Under the pieces are notes generated by a model. The model had not been told where the DNA came from and did not search any database. It worked only from the letters and a program-made list of their open reading frames with translations. Below, piece after piece: positions 1 through 14,739 of a DNA stretch of 64,000 bases. This DNA is from Octopus vulgaris (lineage: Eukaryota). The stretch is from assembly GCA_951406725.2 (NCBI GenBank), contig OX597823.1:31434001-31498000 (forward strand). The letters are read 5' to 3'. Positions within the stretch are counted from its first letter, which is position 1; each line of letters starts with the position of its first letter. The translations under genes were made by a program, and so were the position numbers.

Positions 1-279
1 CATTGTCAAGATTTTCCTTGAAAAGTTAATAAATTTCTCTACAAAAAGTATTGAGAACTTCTTCAGTTGAATGTTGAAATGCAAAACCCAACTGGAATTT
101 TGTTGTCAGGACGTTTTTATTCGATGTGAATACACTTTTGATATGCTGAATCCAAAAATGGAATCTATTTATTATCATTACGTCTAGATTTTCTCAATTT
201 TCCTCATTTTTCAGAAAAATGCATTGTTTACCTGTGAAATTTAATACGAATGTTTATTAGGATTTGTATATTATTTTAT

Positions 280-930
280 TAAGAATCGGGGAAAATCATT
301 GGATGATCAAAGAATGGCCACAGCGAACATTAGTTCCAAACTCTTTTAGTGTGGCTGAAGTGCCTTTAGTTCAACAGGGAAAATATATCCTCTCCCCCAC
401 TCCATATCAAACTTGGCGTCATCAAACAGTTTGTCAAAGCTCTAGATAAAGATGGTACGGCACATTACCCGGTTCTGCGCATTGAAAAGATAAAAGGTAA
501 AGTATTTGATGAGAGGCAAATCAAAAAAATTGATGAAAAATAGGGACTTTGTGAATTCATTGAACTGCATTGAAACAGTAGCATGCAATACATTTGTAAT
601 TGTTGTAAATGACATTCTAGGCAACAATAAAGCAACCAACAATGGCGAAATAGTCGACAATATACTGGAGAACTTTCCAAAGTTGGGAGCATATATGAGC
701 ATAAAGCGACACTATCTCCACAGCCATCTTGATAAATTCCCTGAAAATCTTGGTGACACAAGGTAAGAGCAGAAAGAACGTTCTCATCAGGACATAAAAT
801 CAATGGAACAAAGTTATCAAGGCAGATTGGACTTGCATATGATGGAGGACTAGTGTTGGAACTTAGCTCGTGATCTTTCTGAGATTCAGCACTCAAGAAA
901 ATCATCCAAACGCAAATTCATGGGAAATTA
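280..930 (+). pseudogene. Decayed DNA-transposon transposase, C-terminal part (Chapaev3/CMC-like)
   Basis: Across frameshifts reads PLHIKLGVIKQFVKALDKDG (from 397), MSIKRHYLHSHLDKFPENLG and EQKERSHQDIKSMEQSYQGRL...*CWNL. These match motifs I recall from Chapaev3-type transposases; the family name needs a profile search. Confidence 0.65.
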
Positions 931-960
931 AGCATAAACAATGATGTAATTTGTCTGTAG

Positions 961-1254
961 AAATTCTAAGTTTCGTTTTTGGATTGGGTTTGCAAGATTC
1001 TTTATGTGAGTTCGTGTGTTGTGTCTGAGCAGAGTCATTCTTTCTTGGTGCCTTATAATCTAATACACCCAGCGGTAAAATTTCCACTCATTTCCTTCTT
1101 TATTTTTCTAAAACTACTGAAAAAGCTGCAAGATGCTACGAAAATTTTAAGAACATAAAAAAGAAATAAGTGGAAATTTTACCGGTGAGTATGTTAAATA
1201 ATAAGACACTAAAAGAAAATGACTCTCCCCAGACACAGCAGAAAATTCTAAGTT
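961..1254. mobile_element. Short palindromic Penelope-type terminal-repeat element with degenerate hammerhead core
   Basis: Arms 1021-1113 and 1145-1236 are imperfect reverse complements. The loop reads CTGAAAAAG CTGCAAGATGCTAC GAAA. Direct repeat AAATTCTAAGTT at 961-972 and 1243-1254. Related copies at 11281-11465 and 59390-59450. Confidence 0.65.
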
Positions 1255-1677
1255 GTTTTTCTATTTTTTAGTAGAATTTTAAAAAAAACATTCTGGTTGT
1301 GAAGAAAAACATGTTTGTACATTTGTTTGTATGTTATGCCCTATTCTTCATCAGCTGTTTTATTGAAAATCAAAATAAAACAATGAAATACTATAGATTC
1401 GGTATCTTAAAATCTTAACATGATGGTAATAAAAGGATGTTACTTTTGGATTCTGTAATAAAGCCCGTTGTTCAGATCCAAACAGAGGAAAGAAGCTTTC
1501 TTTTTTAATTTCTGGCCTATATTGTTTTTTATAATTACTCGACATAAAAACAAGCATTAATTACATGCATACTTATATTCGGGGGTGGGTGAGTGTATGC
1601 ATACACATCGAACCTCGCTCGAGTCGCTATCTTTCCAGATTCACGTGGTTGGAAAACGAGTTTCTTAACCACACAAC

Positions 1678-1978
1678 CAATGGCGGACTGGCCAGGGTTG
1701 CCAGCTTGCCCGATGGCAACTGGGCCCCTGCGCCATTAGAATCCAATATATGGGGGCACATTTTAGTATCTAAGGGGCCGGGCCCATCCCCTCGAGTTTG
1801 GGAATTTATTATTCACTCCTGGAAGAATACATTAATTATTTCAGCCTGGCTGTGTCTGTGTACACTTGAAAAAAGTATTTTTAACAACAACAACAAAAAT
1901 TAAATGATAGCATTGTAGTTGCAGGTGGGACTCCTTAGTCTCCTGGCAACCAATATTTTTAGACCCAGTCCGCCACTG
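1678..1978. mobile_element. MITE with hAT-like TIRs
   Basis: CAATGGCGGACTGG ... CCAGTCCGCCACTG terminal inverted repeats plus an inner GTTGCCAG/CTGGCAAC inversion; no clean 8-bp TSD. Confidence 0.55.
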
Positions 1979-2720
1979 CACATTTTTTATGACAAAAGAT
2001 TATTTAGAAATTATAGAATTACGTGATATACATACATACATACATACATACATACATACATACATACATACATACAAATATATATACGTGTGTCTGTGTG
2101 TGTATGTGTGCGTCTTCTATAGCCTTGGGCCGACCAAAGCCTTGTGAGTGTTTGTCCCCACCACCATCGCTTGAAAACCGATTCGGCAAAAGAGACCGAT
2201 AGAATACGTACTAGGCTTGCAAAGAATAAGTCCTGGGGTTGATTTCTTCGACTAAAGGCGGTGCTCCAGTCAAATGACTGAAACAAATAAAAGAAGAAAA
2301 GAATATCGTTGTTGCTATTGCTGATGCTATAATTGCTCATGTAGCTCTCATTTTTTATTTTGCTTCTTTTGTCGTTATTGCTGCTGTCTTGTTTAACTCG
2401 AGATCTGCTCTGATTGAGCTGACCTATGATCAAAGACAATCCCGCCTGGTCCATCTAAGTTTGTTCGTCTGTCGATGGATACCAGGCCCACGTTATTCAA
2501 TCTGTCATTTTATCTCTTAGGAAAGTATAATGGGATTTGAGGGCGAGGGGTGTTTAACTGCTGTTTCTTGTATATTTATGCGACCATTTTCAGCAGCCTA
2601 ACTGGCTTAAGCTGTAATGATTTGTGTAGTAGTACTGGTATTTTCAGAGCTTTTGGAATTGTTTTGGAGTTGTTCTTGGTATTAGTGTTGCTGCTATAGT
2701 AGTAGTAGTAGTAGTAGTAA

Positions 2721-2762
<42 letters not shown>

Positions 2763-2899
2763 CAGCAGCAGCAGCAGCAGTAGTAATAGTAGTAGTATTA
2801 GTGGTGGTGGTGGTGGTTAGTCTCAGGTCAAATTTTGAGTAGATCTAAGAAGTTACATCTAGTGAACATTCTATTTTCCATAGACTATCTTGGAATACA

Positions 2900-3276
2900 T
2901 TAGGAGTGGGTGTATGGTAAGTAGATTGCTAACCAACTACATGGTTCTGGGCTCAGTCCCACAGCGTGGTACCTTGGGCAAGTGTCTTCTACTAAAGCCT
3001 CGTGAGTGGATTTGGTAGACGGAAACTGAAAGAAGGCCGTCGTGTATATATATATCAGACGCCATGATAGATCGTTAGCCACTACACACATTTTTTCTCT
3101 CCTTGTTTCTCTCCTTGTTTTCTGTGTCCCTTTCTGTAGAAGAGCGTAGGCTCGAAACGTAAAAGACCTTTTCTATTCCTGAGCGTTATACTAATACATC
3201 TGTTTGTTTTGTACACCACCTGTCTTCGTCTTTTGTTTTTTTCGTAAACTCTCCCTACATATATATATATATATAT

Positions 3277-3323
<47 letters not shown>

Positions 3324-3480
3324 TCCCCACCACCATCGCTTGAACACTGATTCGGCAAAAGAGACCGATAGAATACGTACTAGTCTTGCAAAGAATAAGT
3401 CCTGGGGTTGATTTGTTCGACTGAAGGCGGTGCTCCAGCATGGCCGCAGTCAAATGACTGAAACAAATAAAAGAAGAAAA
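2900..3480 (+). mobile_element. tRNA-derived SINE family A copy interrupted by a hammerhead-like element
   Basis: Head 2900-3045 and tail 3320-3480 match the full copy at 5688-6135. An unrelated insert (~3060-3258) sits in the internal TA/TG microsatellite. Confidence 0.8.
3060..3258 (+). mobile_element. Short repeat with minimal hammerhead-like motif
   Basis: TAGAAGA GC-GTAG-GCTC GAAACGTA at ~3136-3161. Related pieces at 47380-47470, 11130-11210, 56200-56275 and 56410-56498. Confidence 0.5.
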
Positions 3481-3865
3481 GAATATTGTTGTTGCTATTG
3501 CTGATGTTGTTGCAATTGTGGCGATTGTTATTGTTGCTGTTGCCGCTACTTTTGTTGTTGTTGTTGTGGCTGCTGCTACTACTGCTGCTGCCGCTGCTGC
3601 TGGTGGTGAGGCAGTATGTCCTGTTTCCCTATACTTGCACCTAGCGCACACATGTGTACATATGGTTGGCTGCGGTGATAAGTGATATTGGTAGAGGAAA
3701 GATACAGATAGTCAGTGTGCGCATGTGCATGTATGTGTATACACATGTAGAAAGTCCGTGTGTGTTTGTACGCATGTATGTATATGTGTACGGATGCGCA
3801 TACACATATGTGCGAGATAGTTTTTGTTTATATCTGCACGGGTATGTATATGTGTGTGTGTGTGC

Positions 3866-3899
<34 letters not shown>

Positions 3900-4981
3900 A
3901 GTTGTGTGTGTGTATGCGTGTAAAGAGATGGAAGTAAAAATAAGATAAAATAATGTCAGAGTTGACCTCAATTAAAATTATGTCATTTCCGGGGACATAG
4001 GTCAACCGAGAGGAAATGTATACACATGCATACACGCCCGCACCCAAAAATATACACACGCATACACACACTACACACACACACACTACACACACACACA
4101 CACACACATATAGCTATCAACAACTAGGTATATAAAGAAAATATATAATTAAATGTGTGTGTGTGTATATTTATATATATGTATCTATATATGTATGTGT
4201 GTGTGTGTGTTTGTGTAGTCCTGTGAAGCATGACACCTAACCAAAAATTGGTCTAGAAATAACAGTCAAAATCTCCTTCATATCACTCGACTATCTTAAA
4301 AAACAGAGAGCCAGAATTGTCACTGAAGAGGTAATCGTTGTAGCGTCAATACCTTCGATCTTAGATCTGTTCAATCTTAGATTGATTTGGTGCTTAATAA
4401 CAACAATAAGAAGAACCATAACAATTTCTACAGCAGCTGATTGCATTATTAATAAAATAGAATCGTAAGAGCGGTGGACGAAATGCCTAGCGATATTTCG
4501 CCCGTCGCTACGTTCAGAGTTCAAATTCCGCCGAGGTTGACTTTGCCTTTCATCCTTTCGGGATCGATAAATTAAGTACCAGTTGAACCCTTGTGGCAAA
4601 ATTTGAAACTATTATTAATAAAGTAGATATATAGATGTATTTACGTTGTTATTCTATATTTCATTTCTTAACCTGTACCCGGATATACGCTCTCCTGATG
4701 GAAGGTAGGAGTGTATCCTGTTGGCTCGTGCCCGACCGGCATTACAGGTCTTTAGGTCTGTGTTTACACGAATCTCATAAAGATGCTTCCTCGACTTCCC
4801 TGAGGACTGTTTGTCAGTAATTACCTTTCAGTTAGTTTCTCATCCCTCGACACTGAAAAGATGAGCGCTACATTGCTTATTTTCTACCTGACTCGAGAGA
4901 CATTCTATGGCTGGCGATATCTCTAGCAAGCCTCGAAGGTGGCGACGTACTGAACACTGTACATGATTTCTCAAATCTTCC

Positions 4982-5013
<32 letters not shown>

Positions 5014-5687
5014 CACCACCACCACCACTATCACCACTAGCACTACCACGCCGCCAGACAGAATATAAAATCTAGAGATTATAGTTAACAACTCTGAACG
5101 AGAAATTTCAAGAAATTAATTATTTCACGCTTCAATGTTACAATGAGATGTATATATATATATATAGACACCACACACGCACACATATATTTGTATATAC
5201 ACACTTACACGCCAACGTGCAAAGATATATGTGTGCGTGCGTGTGCGTGTTCATGACTCGATTCTTTCAAAGTGCAGATTTTGACACAGGCCATTCTTTG
5301 TTTGACTCCAAGATTAGGTTAATCGCCGAAGGAACACAATTCGAAACCACCCGGAAAATGGTGCATTGCTGTTACTATGGTACAATACGCGCATAAAGCG
5401 GAGTTCATAAGATTATTGGCGGGTGCCCTCCCTGCAAACTCCACACATACACACACACGGAAAGGCGCAGATGAGATTAGATTCTTTGAGTGAAACCAAG
5501 GGTCTTTGGTAAGAAGCGGTGCAAGTCACAAGATTGTTTTTGAAGCAATTTTGAGCACTGCTTGAACATAAACATTGAAACAGCCAGACAGTCTTAAAAG
5601 CATTAAGAATAGCAAAATGCAAGGCTGAGAAGAAAATCAGATGCCGTTCAGATGACTACCGGCGGCCATTTTGGACAACCTCCTTAT

Positions 5688-5850
5688 AGGCGCAGGAGTG
5701 ACTGTGTGGTAAGTAGCTTGCTTCCCAACCACATGATTCCGGGTTCAGTCCCACTGCGTGGTGCATTGGGCAGGGGTCTTCTACTATAGCCTCGGGCCGA
5801 CCAAGGCCTTGTGAGTGGAATTTGTAGACGGAAACTCAAAGAAGCCCGTC

Positions 5851-5908
<58 letters not shown>

Positions 5909-6135
5909 GTGTGTGTGTGCGTGTATGTGTGTGTGTGTTTGTCTCTCCAACATCGCTTGACAACCGATTCTTATGTGTTTATGTCCCCGTAACCAAGCGG
6001 TTCGGCAGAAGAGACCGATAGAATAAGTACTAGGTTTACGAAGAATAGTCCAGGGTTCGATTTGCTCGACTAGAGGTGGTGCTCCAGCACGGCCGAAGTC
6101 AAATCAATGAAACAGGTAAAAAAAATAAAAGAATA
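5688..6135 (+). mobile_element. Full-length SINE family A (tRNA-like head, internal (TA)n(TG)n tract)
   Basis: GGCGCAGGAGTG...GGTTCAGTCCC B-box-like head, conserved body and tail. Other copies at about 2110-2300, 13400-13600, 31770-32372, 34755-35117, 40520-40685, 44258-44715, 45415-45690, 46118-46525, 49005-49135, 50817-51230, 52290-52455 and 56598-56928. Confidence 0.9.
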
Positions 6136-6149
6136 GGGTCTAAGACAAA

Positions 6150-6730
6150 AAAAGACCCATTAGCGGAACAGTCTCGACACGAGTTTGGCTAACAAGAAAT
6201 GTCTCACAGCAAAGTTTCATTCTATAGAGATTGTATCCTTAAGTACGCTGATTTATAGCAGTGAAATACGGAGCATTTACTCAAGAGAAAGCAACCCGTG
6301 TCAGATTCTGAATAGACTAGCTAACCAACAATGAGGTCCTGGCTGGCGAACAGATTCCTGCAACAACAACGCCTCCATTGGCTGAGCGATGCACACTACA
6401 TGTCATTTAAATGGATCCTAAAAGATCTGATCCATTGTGAATTGGTCTCCGGCAAGAGAACACAAGGACAACACTATCTCCGTTTCAAAGATGCCTGCAA
6501 GACAAACACGAAGTCTTTTCATTTGAACACCGCAAAGTTGTTGACTTTGGTTCATCGATCTTTGGTGGATCAATCTTTGGTTGATCAATCCCGCTGAACA
6601 ATGCAAATAAACAAGAGTTTAAAATGACGACGAGAAAGGCTGAGGATTGGCAATGAAGAAAAGCGAATTTGATTGAAAATCAGCTCCATTCGACTAGAGG
6701 ACAGCGCCTTCAAATGTAACCACTTCAGTC
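6150..6730 (+). pseudogene. RTE-clade LINE reverse-transcriptase C-terminal relic
   Basis: KVSFYRDCIL/STLIYSSE and QQRLHWL...ILKDLIHCELVSGKRTQGQHYLRFKDACK resemble the RTE motif RLRWLGHV..M...PK..L..EL..GKR..GRP.LRFKD. Confidence 0.75.
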
Positions 6731-6781
6731 AATGACTCACATACGGCTTTCTATACATACATACATACATACATACATACA

Positions 6782-6817
<36 letters not shown>

Positions 6818-6854
6818 TGTATATATATATACATATATATACATATATATATAC

Positions 6855-6892
<38 letters not shown>

Positions 6893-6924
6893 ATGTGTGT
6901 GTCTGTATGTATGTATGTATTTAT

Positions 6925-7683
6925 GTATTTATATTAAAAGCATTACTATACATAAATGCCTCACTCCAGGAGGGACTCTTAAAGTCAAAACTACCATAAT
7001 AAGCACATTGTACTGAACGTGAGGAAAAGCAACTCTCGAAGCGAGCCTTTTATAAACAGATTCAGCCGCAGATCATGATTTCATAATTAGAGCACAAAAA
7101 TGCACTTTTTAATCGTCAGTGCAGGCACAATAAAGACACATAAAAATGAGCAAAAAAAATCAACATACCAGACGAACGCCAAATGTATCCAGCATAGTAC
7201 ATAGAATTGTTCACACTTATATATCTATGTTAGAGGCGGGCTTTTCGAGTTGCATCTAGGTACACGTGTTTATTGAGAATAAAATTCAGCACTGAATATA
7301 TTCCGGTTAAATTTACAATTTAAAAATAATATAAAATCTTTATAAGAGTTTATCAAATAGCATGAAAAACCTCATAAGGGAAAAAAATATTAATTATTCA
7401 CTTTAAATATATTTATTTATATTAAGGACATTACTATACATAAATGCCTCACGTTTGGAGGCTCGCTCCGAGAGTTGCATTCCCTCGCGTTCGGTACAGT
7501 GTGTTTATTATGGTAGTTTTGACTTTAAGAGTCCCTCCTAGCGTGAGGCATTTATGTATAGTAATGCTCTTAATATAAATAAATATATTTAAAGGGAATA
7601 ATTAATAATTTTTCTCTTGTGAAGTTTTTCACGCTAACTACGTGATAAATTATTATAAAGATTTTATCCTATTTTTTAATTGT
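6925..7683. repeat. Direct-plus-inverted repeat structure resembling a Penelope pseudo-LTR inversion
   Basis: 7315-7453 is the reverse complement of 7542-7683. The loop 7454-7541 is the reverse complement of ~6965-7048, and 6925-6964 repeats directly at 7414-7452. Confidence 0.75.
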
Positions 7684-8176
7684 ATATATATATATATATC
7701 AGACACGTGCCATCAGTAATTACTCAGGGTCGGCAGTTGGTGACGTTTATGTAGTAAAACACACAAAAATAAGCGAAGCACAGGCGCACGACTGAGTTAA
7801 AGGCAGATTTACTTCTTCCTTTATAGCACGTAAAGAAAATGTTTTTGTAGGAGTGAGTGTACGCAGCACGTGTACTACAACAGTATTATGCGTACCTTAA
7901 ATACTGAGATTGAAAGGCAGAGGTAAATTATGCCTACCTAATCTACAAAAAAATAATATATTTTGCCTTTTATGCGTAGTAATCAGAGTTTTCCAGTTAG
8001 AATTCTGTGTCTAAGGCCGATAGTCTATATTTTTGGTGCTTGCTTAGGTAATCAACACACTAATCGACATATAACCATTAGCCCAAAATATTACATATAT
8101 ATATAGAGAGAGAGAGGGGGAGGGGAGCGAGAGAGACAGCGAGAGAGAGTGTGAGAGAGAGCGAGAGAGAGAGCAT

Positions 8177-8240
<64 letters not shown>

Positions 8241-9295
8241 GAGTCTGGACAGTATTAATTTCCAGCAACAGCCTTCCCATGTTAAGAAGAATCTACTCCA
8301 AACTTGACAAAAGAATTGCACAAATCATAAGTTCGCTTCCTGGAAGTGATTTAAACATGAAGAAAGCAAAGATTTACAAAAGATGGTTCAACTCGACTCC
8401 TTGTGCTTTCCCTCCCCAGGAAACTAGTAATAGAAGTCACCCCAAATGAACCTGACCAGCAGAGGAAAACTTAGATAAAAAAAAAAACGGCTGTGGATAA
8501 CTTCAAAATAGAGATAGAACTCCAAAGACTGTGGGTCTAATCACATGAAGAAACACTAGAATTAATTTATGAAAAAATGGAGGTGAAAATCTCTATGAAG
8601 GCTGACGGACAACTTATTTAGCAACACTATCCAACTCTGGAAGCAAAATTTTGAAAATGAAGAATTAATTCCACTTGGAAGGTGGGAGAAAAATAATCTC
8701 AGATTCAGTCATTATGAAACAAAATGTACAAAACAATGATTTTGAAGATTCTTTCTTAAAGAAAATTAAGCCTCACAAATCCTTCATTCAAACAGCAAGA
8801 CGACCAGTAGCGAAGCGTAAATTAGACGATTATCAAAGACACAGCGTTGTTGATAATAATAATTCCAGAGCATTTAAACAAAGAAACAACCTTTTCAGGA
8901 GCAACAAAAATCGGTTCTTCTCAAGACAAAATACAATTCCTCAAAGATAAAGGGAAACAAACACACAAGTTTTGAAGGGAAGCGATTTAATCGTTTAAAT
9001 CATTGTCAGGATTTGAATAACACTTATTTTAGAGACTCCAGGAGGGTAAACTATAATGTCGACTATGAGAAGGATTAGTATTTAGAACGTAAATAATATA
9101 CGATGTGCGAAACGTTGCCGTTTGTTAGTGATATGATGATGGTGATGATGATGACGATGATGATGATGATGATGATGATGGGAGTGGGGAGTGGTGGCGG
9201 CGGCGGTGGTGGTGGTGATAGTAGTGGTGGTGGTGGTGATGGTAGCGTTGAATGCAGTGTTTGTGGTTGTGTGATGGTGGTGGTGGTGGTGGTGG

Positions 9296-9330
<35 letters not shown>

Positions 9331-9346
9331 GTTAGCGTAAATCATA

Positions 9347-9538
9347 AGGTGGCGAGCTGGTTGAAACGTTAGCACTCCGGGCGAAATGCTTAGCAGTATT
9401 TCGTCTGTCTTTACGTTCTGAGTTCAAATTCTATTCAGTTGTCGATAAATTAAGTACCAGTTGCGTTCTGGGGGCGATCTAACCGACTGGCCCCCATCTC
9501 CCAAAAAATTTCGGGCCTTGTATCTAGAGTAGAAAAGA
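9347..9538 (+). mobile_element. SINE family B with standard tail and TSD
   Basis: AGGTGGCGAGCTGG head, GAGTTCAAATTC B box, ...AGAGTAGAAAAG tail; flanked by TTAGCGT(A/G)AATCAT. Confidence 0.85.
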
Positions 9539-10042
9539 TTAGCGTGAATCATCATCATGGCAACATAACGTGACAACAACATCAACAACAACAACATTAT
9601 CTACAATGTCATCGAGTAATGTGATTATTCGCCTTTCTTTCTCGAATTATTCAAAAATTTATTTAAAATTTGAAAACCTATTTTTTATAAAAATGAAAAA
9701 AAAAAAAAAATGTCAGCTTGACTTTGTTGACAGTCGTTCATATATTGTATGTCTTCATCCAATAGAAAATGTTTCTGGAATCGTCAATCATGAGTACCAC
9801 TTCAAATTAAATCCAGTTAAACGTGGTGATAGTTTTATTTTATTTTCCTTTCGATGACAGCAATGTCATTGTTTATTAAGTTGTTTGTTTCCCCATTCGT
9901 TCTGACGAGTTGCGCTTTTACTATTTCTACTGTAGTCAACGCCCTGGTTCAGGAGCTTGCTTTGCAACCATCTGGTTTCCGGTTCGTTCGTGCGTGTGTG
10001 TGCGTAAATATGCATGTATTTACACACACATACACAAATTCA

Positions 10043-10405
10043 TCTCTATATATAAACGGCAAAATGTCTGTGTGTGTGTGTCCTTTATACAAATCCACAA
10101 TTTTTCAGTTAGAGGGCTCGTACTTTCTATGGTCATTCAAAACAGTCCAAGGGTGGTCGTGTATATCTTTACATTTCCCCAGTTACTCCGCAAATCCATT
10201 AAAGAATCAATAGAAGTGACTTTTTTGTGAATTTTCTATCCAAAACCCAATCAAAATGCCCGAAACTTGATACGCCAATTGAATGCCAGCTAGCTGTATG
10301 TGATTGGTCGGAGATTTGGACAGTACTCGCGTGTATGTGCGCACGCACGCAGCTGTATATACATGCACTAGCACTATGACTCGGCAACGCCGGCTCATAG
10401 TGCTA

Positions 10406-10406
<1 letters not shown>
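10043..10406 (+). mobile_element. Non-autonomous Helitron
   Basis: A|TCTCTATATATAAA 5' end and a 3' hairpin CTAGCACTATGA...TCATAGTGCTAG|T, i.e. inserted between A and T. A near-identical 3' end recurs at 57198-57236. Confidence 0.85.
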
Positions 10407-10457
<51 letters not shown>

Positions 10458-10673
10458 GTCACTAACTGTCACTGTATGTGTCTATACGGTTTATGTTGCA
10501 CTCAACTGCCCACTTTAATTTTATACTATGTATGTAAATAAATATATATATGTGCGTGTGTGTGTATGTGTGTGTGTACATAACTGCTTATATACATAAG
10601 CCCAAGCGATATAATATATATATTCAATCGTCGCTAAATGTAGGTGAGGGTGCCGAAGCACCTATATTGTTAC

Positions 10674-11052
10674 AAATAAGAGTTAAAAACTCTTAATGTT
10701 CGAAGAGCACAATATATGTACACCGACAGCGGGGTAACCGCCCCATTGCCGTCTCTGGAATGACTAGACTAGACTAGTTACACCTGTTTCGTAGGCATAA
10801 TCACTAATGGCTACCAGCTGTTTATATTAATATTTAGAATACCCATTAACATTTCGCTAAGTCAGCCATAAGTTTTTATAGCAAAAACATGGCAGACGGG
10901 TCTTGCCAAACCATCGACTGAAGATGCCAACGAAATACGCGAAACTAGTCAAGTCAAATGATTATAGAGACGGTCATGGAGCGGATACCTGCCCTCTCAA
11001 TGTATATATATTGCGGTCTTCTTACAGCATTAAGAGTTTTAAACACTTATTT
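10674..11052. mobile_element. Inverted-repeat element with hammerhead-like core
   Basis: Arms 10674-10798 and 10924-11052 are reverse complements. CTGAAGA...GAAACTAGTC at 10918-10950 has a palindromic stem III (ACTAGT). Confidence 0.7.
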
Positions 11053-11208
11053 CTAGCATTCAGTGATGATTATATAATTTTTCCTTTATAATATTATATT
11101 GCACCTAGCTGTTTATATATATATATCTTTCCTTTCCTGAGCGTCTACTAACACTTAATCCACGTCCTCGCGTTGTTACGTTTTCTCTTTATTCATGTTT
11201 GGATTAAC

Positions 11209-11280
<72 letters not shown>

Positions 11281-11281
<1 letters not shown>

Positions 11282-11465
11282 TTTTCGTATTTGGTTTGCA
11301 AGATTCATTATGTGAATTCGTGTGTTGAAGCAAATTTTGTTGTGTCTAGAAGGGTCATTCTGTTTTAATGCCTTATAAATTAACACACTCACCGATTCAA
11401 TTTCCACTCATTTATGCTTTTTTTTCTTAACTTTTCGTTGCTTCTTGCAACCTCTTCAATAGTTG
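11281..11465 (-). mobile_element. Copy of the 961-1254 family with hammerhead-like motif
   Basis: Minus strand TTGAAGA G-GTTGC-AAGAA-GCAAC GAAA at ~11432-11460; the element abuts (TA)n. Confidence 0.6.
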
Positions 11466-11544
11466 CTGACTTTGTCCGTTATAGGAGCTGCGTTCCTTTT
11501 GTTTATTTGTGCCCATGTGTGCGTGACAGTGTGCATGTGTATGC

Positions 11545-11577
<33 letters not shown>

Positions 11578-11822
11578 TGTATGTATGTATGTATGTGTAT
11601 GTGTATGTATATGTGTATGCATATATGTGTGTATGTTTGTATGTATATACTCTGCATATTCATGTATTTGTGTGTGCATATTTGTGTAACCGTCTGTTAT
11701 GTATGGATGTGCATCTCTATTTGTGTCCTTGTGTGTGTGTGTGTGTGTGTGTGTATGGTCATGTGCTTCCATCTCCTTTTGTGTGTGGGTGTGCGTGTGC
11801 TTGTCTGTCCGTATTACCTATG

Positions 11823-12980
<1,158 letters not shown>

Positions 12981-13227
12981 CTATATATATATATATATAT
13001 ATATAAGCAAAAATGCTAGTTCTAAAATCTCTGTAAGAGATCAATGCAGTAGTTGTACTGACAAGTAATATTTGGAGCTACTATAACATGGCTGTCCGTT
13101 CGAGCGGACTCTATGGCGATTTTTTTAATCCTAAGAGGACATCACCTCTAGCTGGTTAACGACGCATAGCTGCATCCGATATGATTGCGAGCAGGGGAGC
13201 GAAGCCTATCATCTTCATCTCCTAGCG

Positions 13228-13288
<61 letters not shown>

Positions 13289-14471
13289 TGTACATTCTTT
13301 TTTTATACCGTTTGAACTCGAAGTAGATAAAGTTATAAATAATAGCAAGTAGTGGATTAAAAACCTTATGGCGTCAGCGATATCTGTGCGTGCGTGTGTG
13401 TGTGTGTGTGTGCTCGAGTTAGTTCCGGCCATACTGCTTGACAACCGATGTTCCTTTGTTTACATCCCTGTAACCTGGCATTTAGGAAATGTTCACCGGT
13501 AGAATGTGTATAAGATTTAAATAAAAACTGAGATCCAGTTGTTTTACCGACCACTTCAAAGCGGTGCCCCAGCAACTGAAACGAGTTCAAAGTTAAGACG
13601 GAGTACAATGAATGCACGGAAGAGATTCTTCGAGACCAATCGTCGTGTTAGAAATAGCAACCAAATCGCTCTCTCAAATCACACACACACACACGTAAAT
13701 GATACACTGAATTGTTAAACTGTAACTAGTAAAATGGTCGGATTGTTGCCACTGCAAAGCTTCTGATCATAGATTAAAACGATCGTTGTTGGCCCACGGC
13801 TAAACAATAACAACCAGCATACTAGAAAGCTCGCGCGGGAAAGAGAGGGAGAGAGAGATTGAGAGGGAGGGGAGGAGAGGGAGATTGAGAGAGAGAGAGA
13901 GATTGAGAAAGAGAGGGAGAGAGAGAGAAATGCTTAGAAATAACGTCGATTGTTGACTGGTTTGTTTTAAATTATTTTCTTGGTTTGCGAAATAGTACCA
14001 AAGATTATAAATCTTAAGATCTTTATGATATGTTGGGAAAGCAATATTTATTGTGTGTATTCTGTACTCCATCTTTATCCTTTGATTTTAAATTCAAAAC
14101 TTCCAAACTCACGTGATCTTAAATTAATCTAGAAAGGATTGTCTCCCCTACAAAGGTGGCCACCAGAGGGTACACCACGCGTTTGAATCTTTTTTCACGT
14201 TTTGTGTTTTTCAACATTGATTGTCGTTACTTTTATTCATTCTGCATCACGTATAAAATGAATAGATTTTGTTTTGTGCACCAGAGGCATATTTAAGGTA
14301 TCCGGAATGTATTCTGAAGATTAGCTTTATCTCTTTTGTGCATCCTTGTATGATTACACGACTGTATTTTACAATGTGCATGTATATATGTATATACATG
14401 CACACAACGTAAAAACAGACGAAATACTGCTAAGCATGTGTATATTGTGCGCGTGATGCGTATTTAATGTG

Positions 14472-14507
<36 letters not shown>

Positions 14508-14657
14508 TTTGCATCGAAGTTAATGATGTAACCTGGAGAAAAGTTTGAAACAATTGTAAGCATGCGGATAAATAACATATTTTCTTGCCTCTCACATCTG
14601 ATTTTTTACCGTGTGTGTATGTGCATTTGTGTGTGCATGTATGTGTATGTGAGGGTA

Positions 14658-14738
<81 letters not shown>
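14658..14738. repeat. (TAA)n microsatellite at the 3' end of the R4/Dong-like LINE
   Basis: Pure TAT tract directly abutting the LINE 3' UTR. Confidence 0.9.

Positions 14739-14739
<1 letters not shown>

Noticed and set aside
8240-8950. A-rich region with ORF 8675-8950
   Set aside because: Could be a decayed LINE ORF1, but I recognise no motif and the upstream frames are broken.
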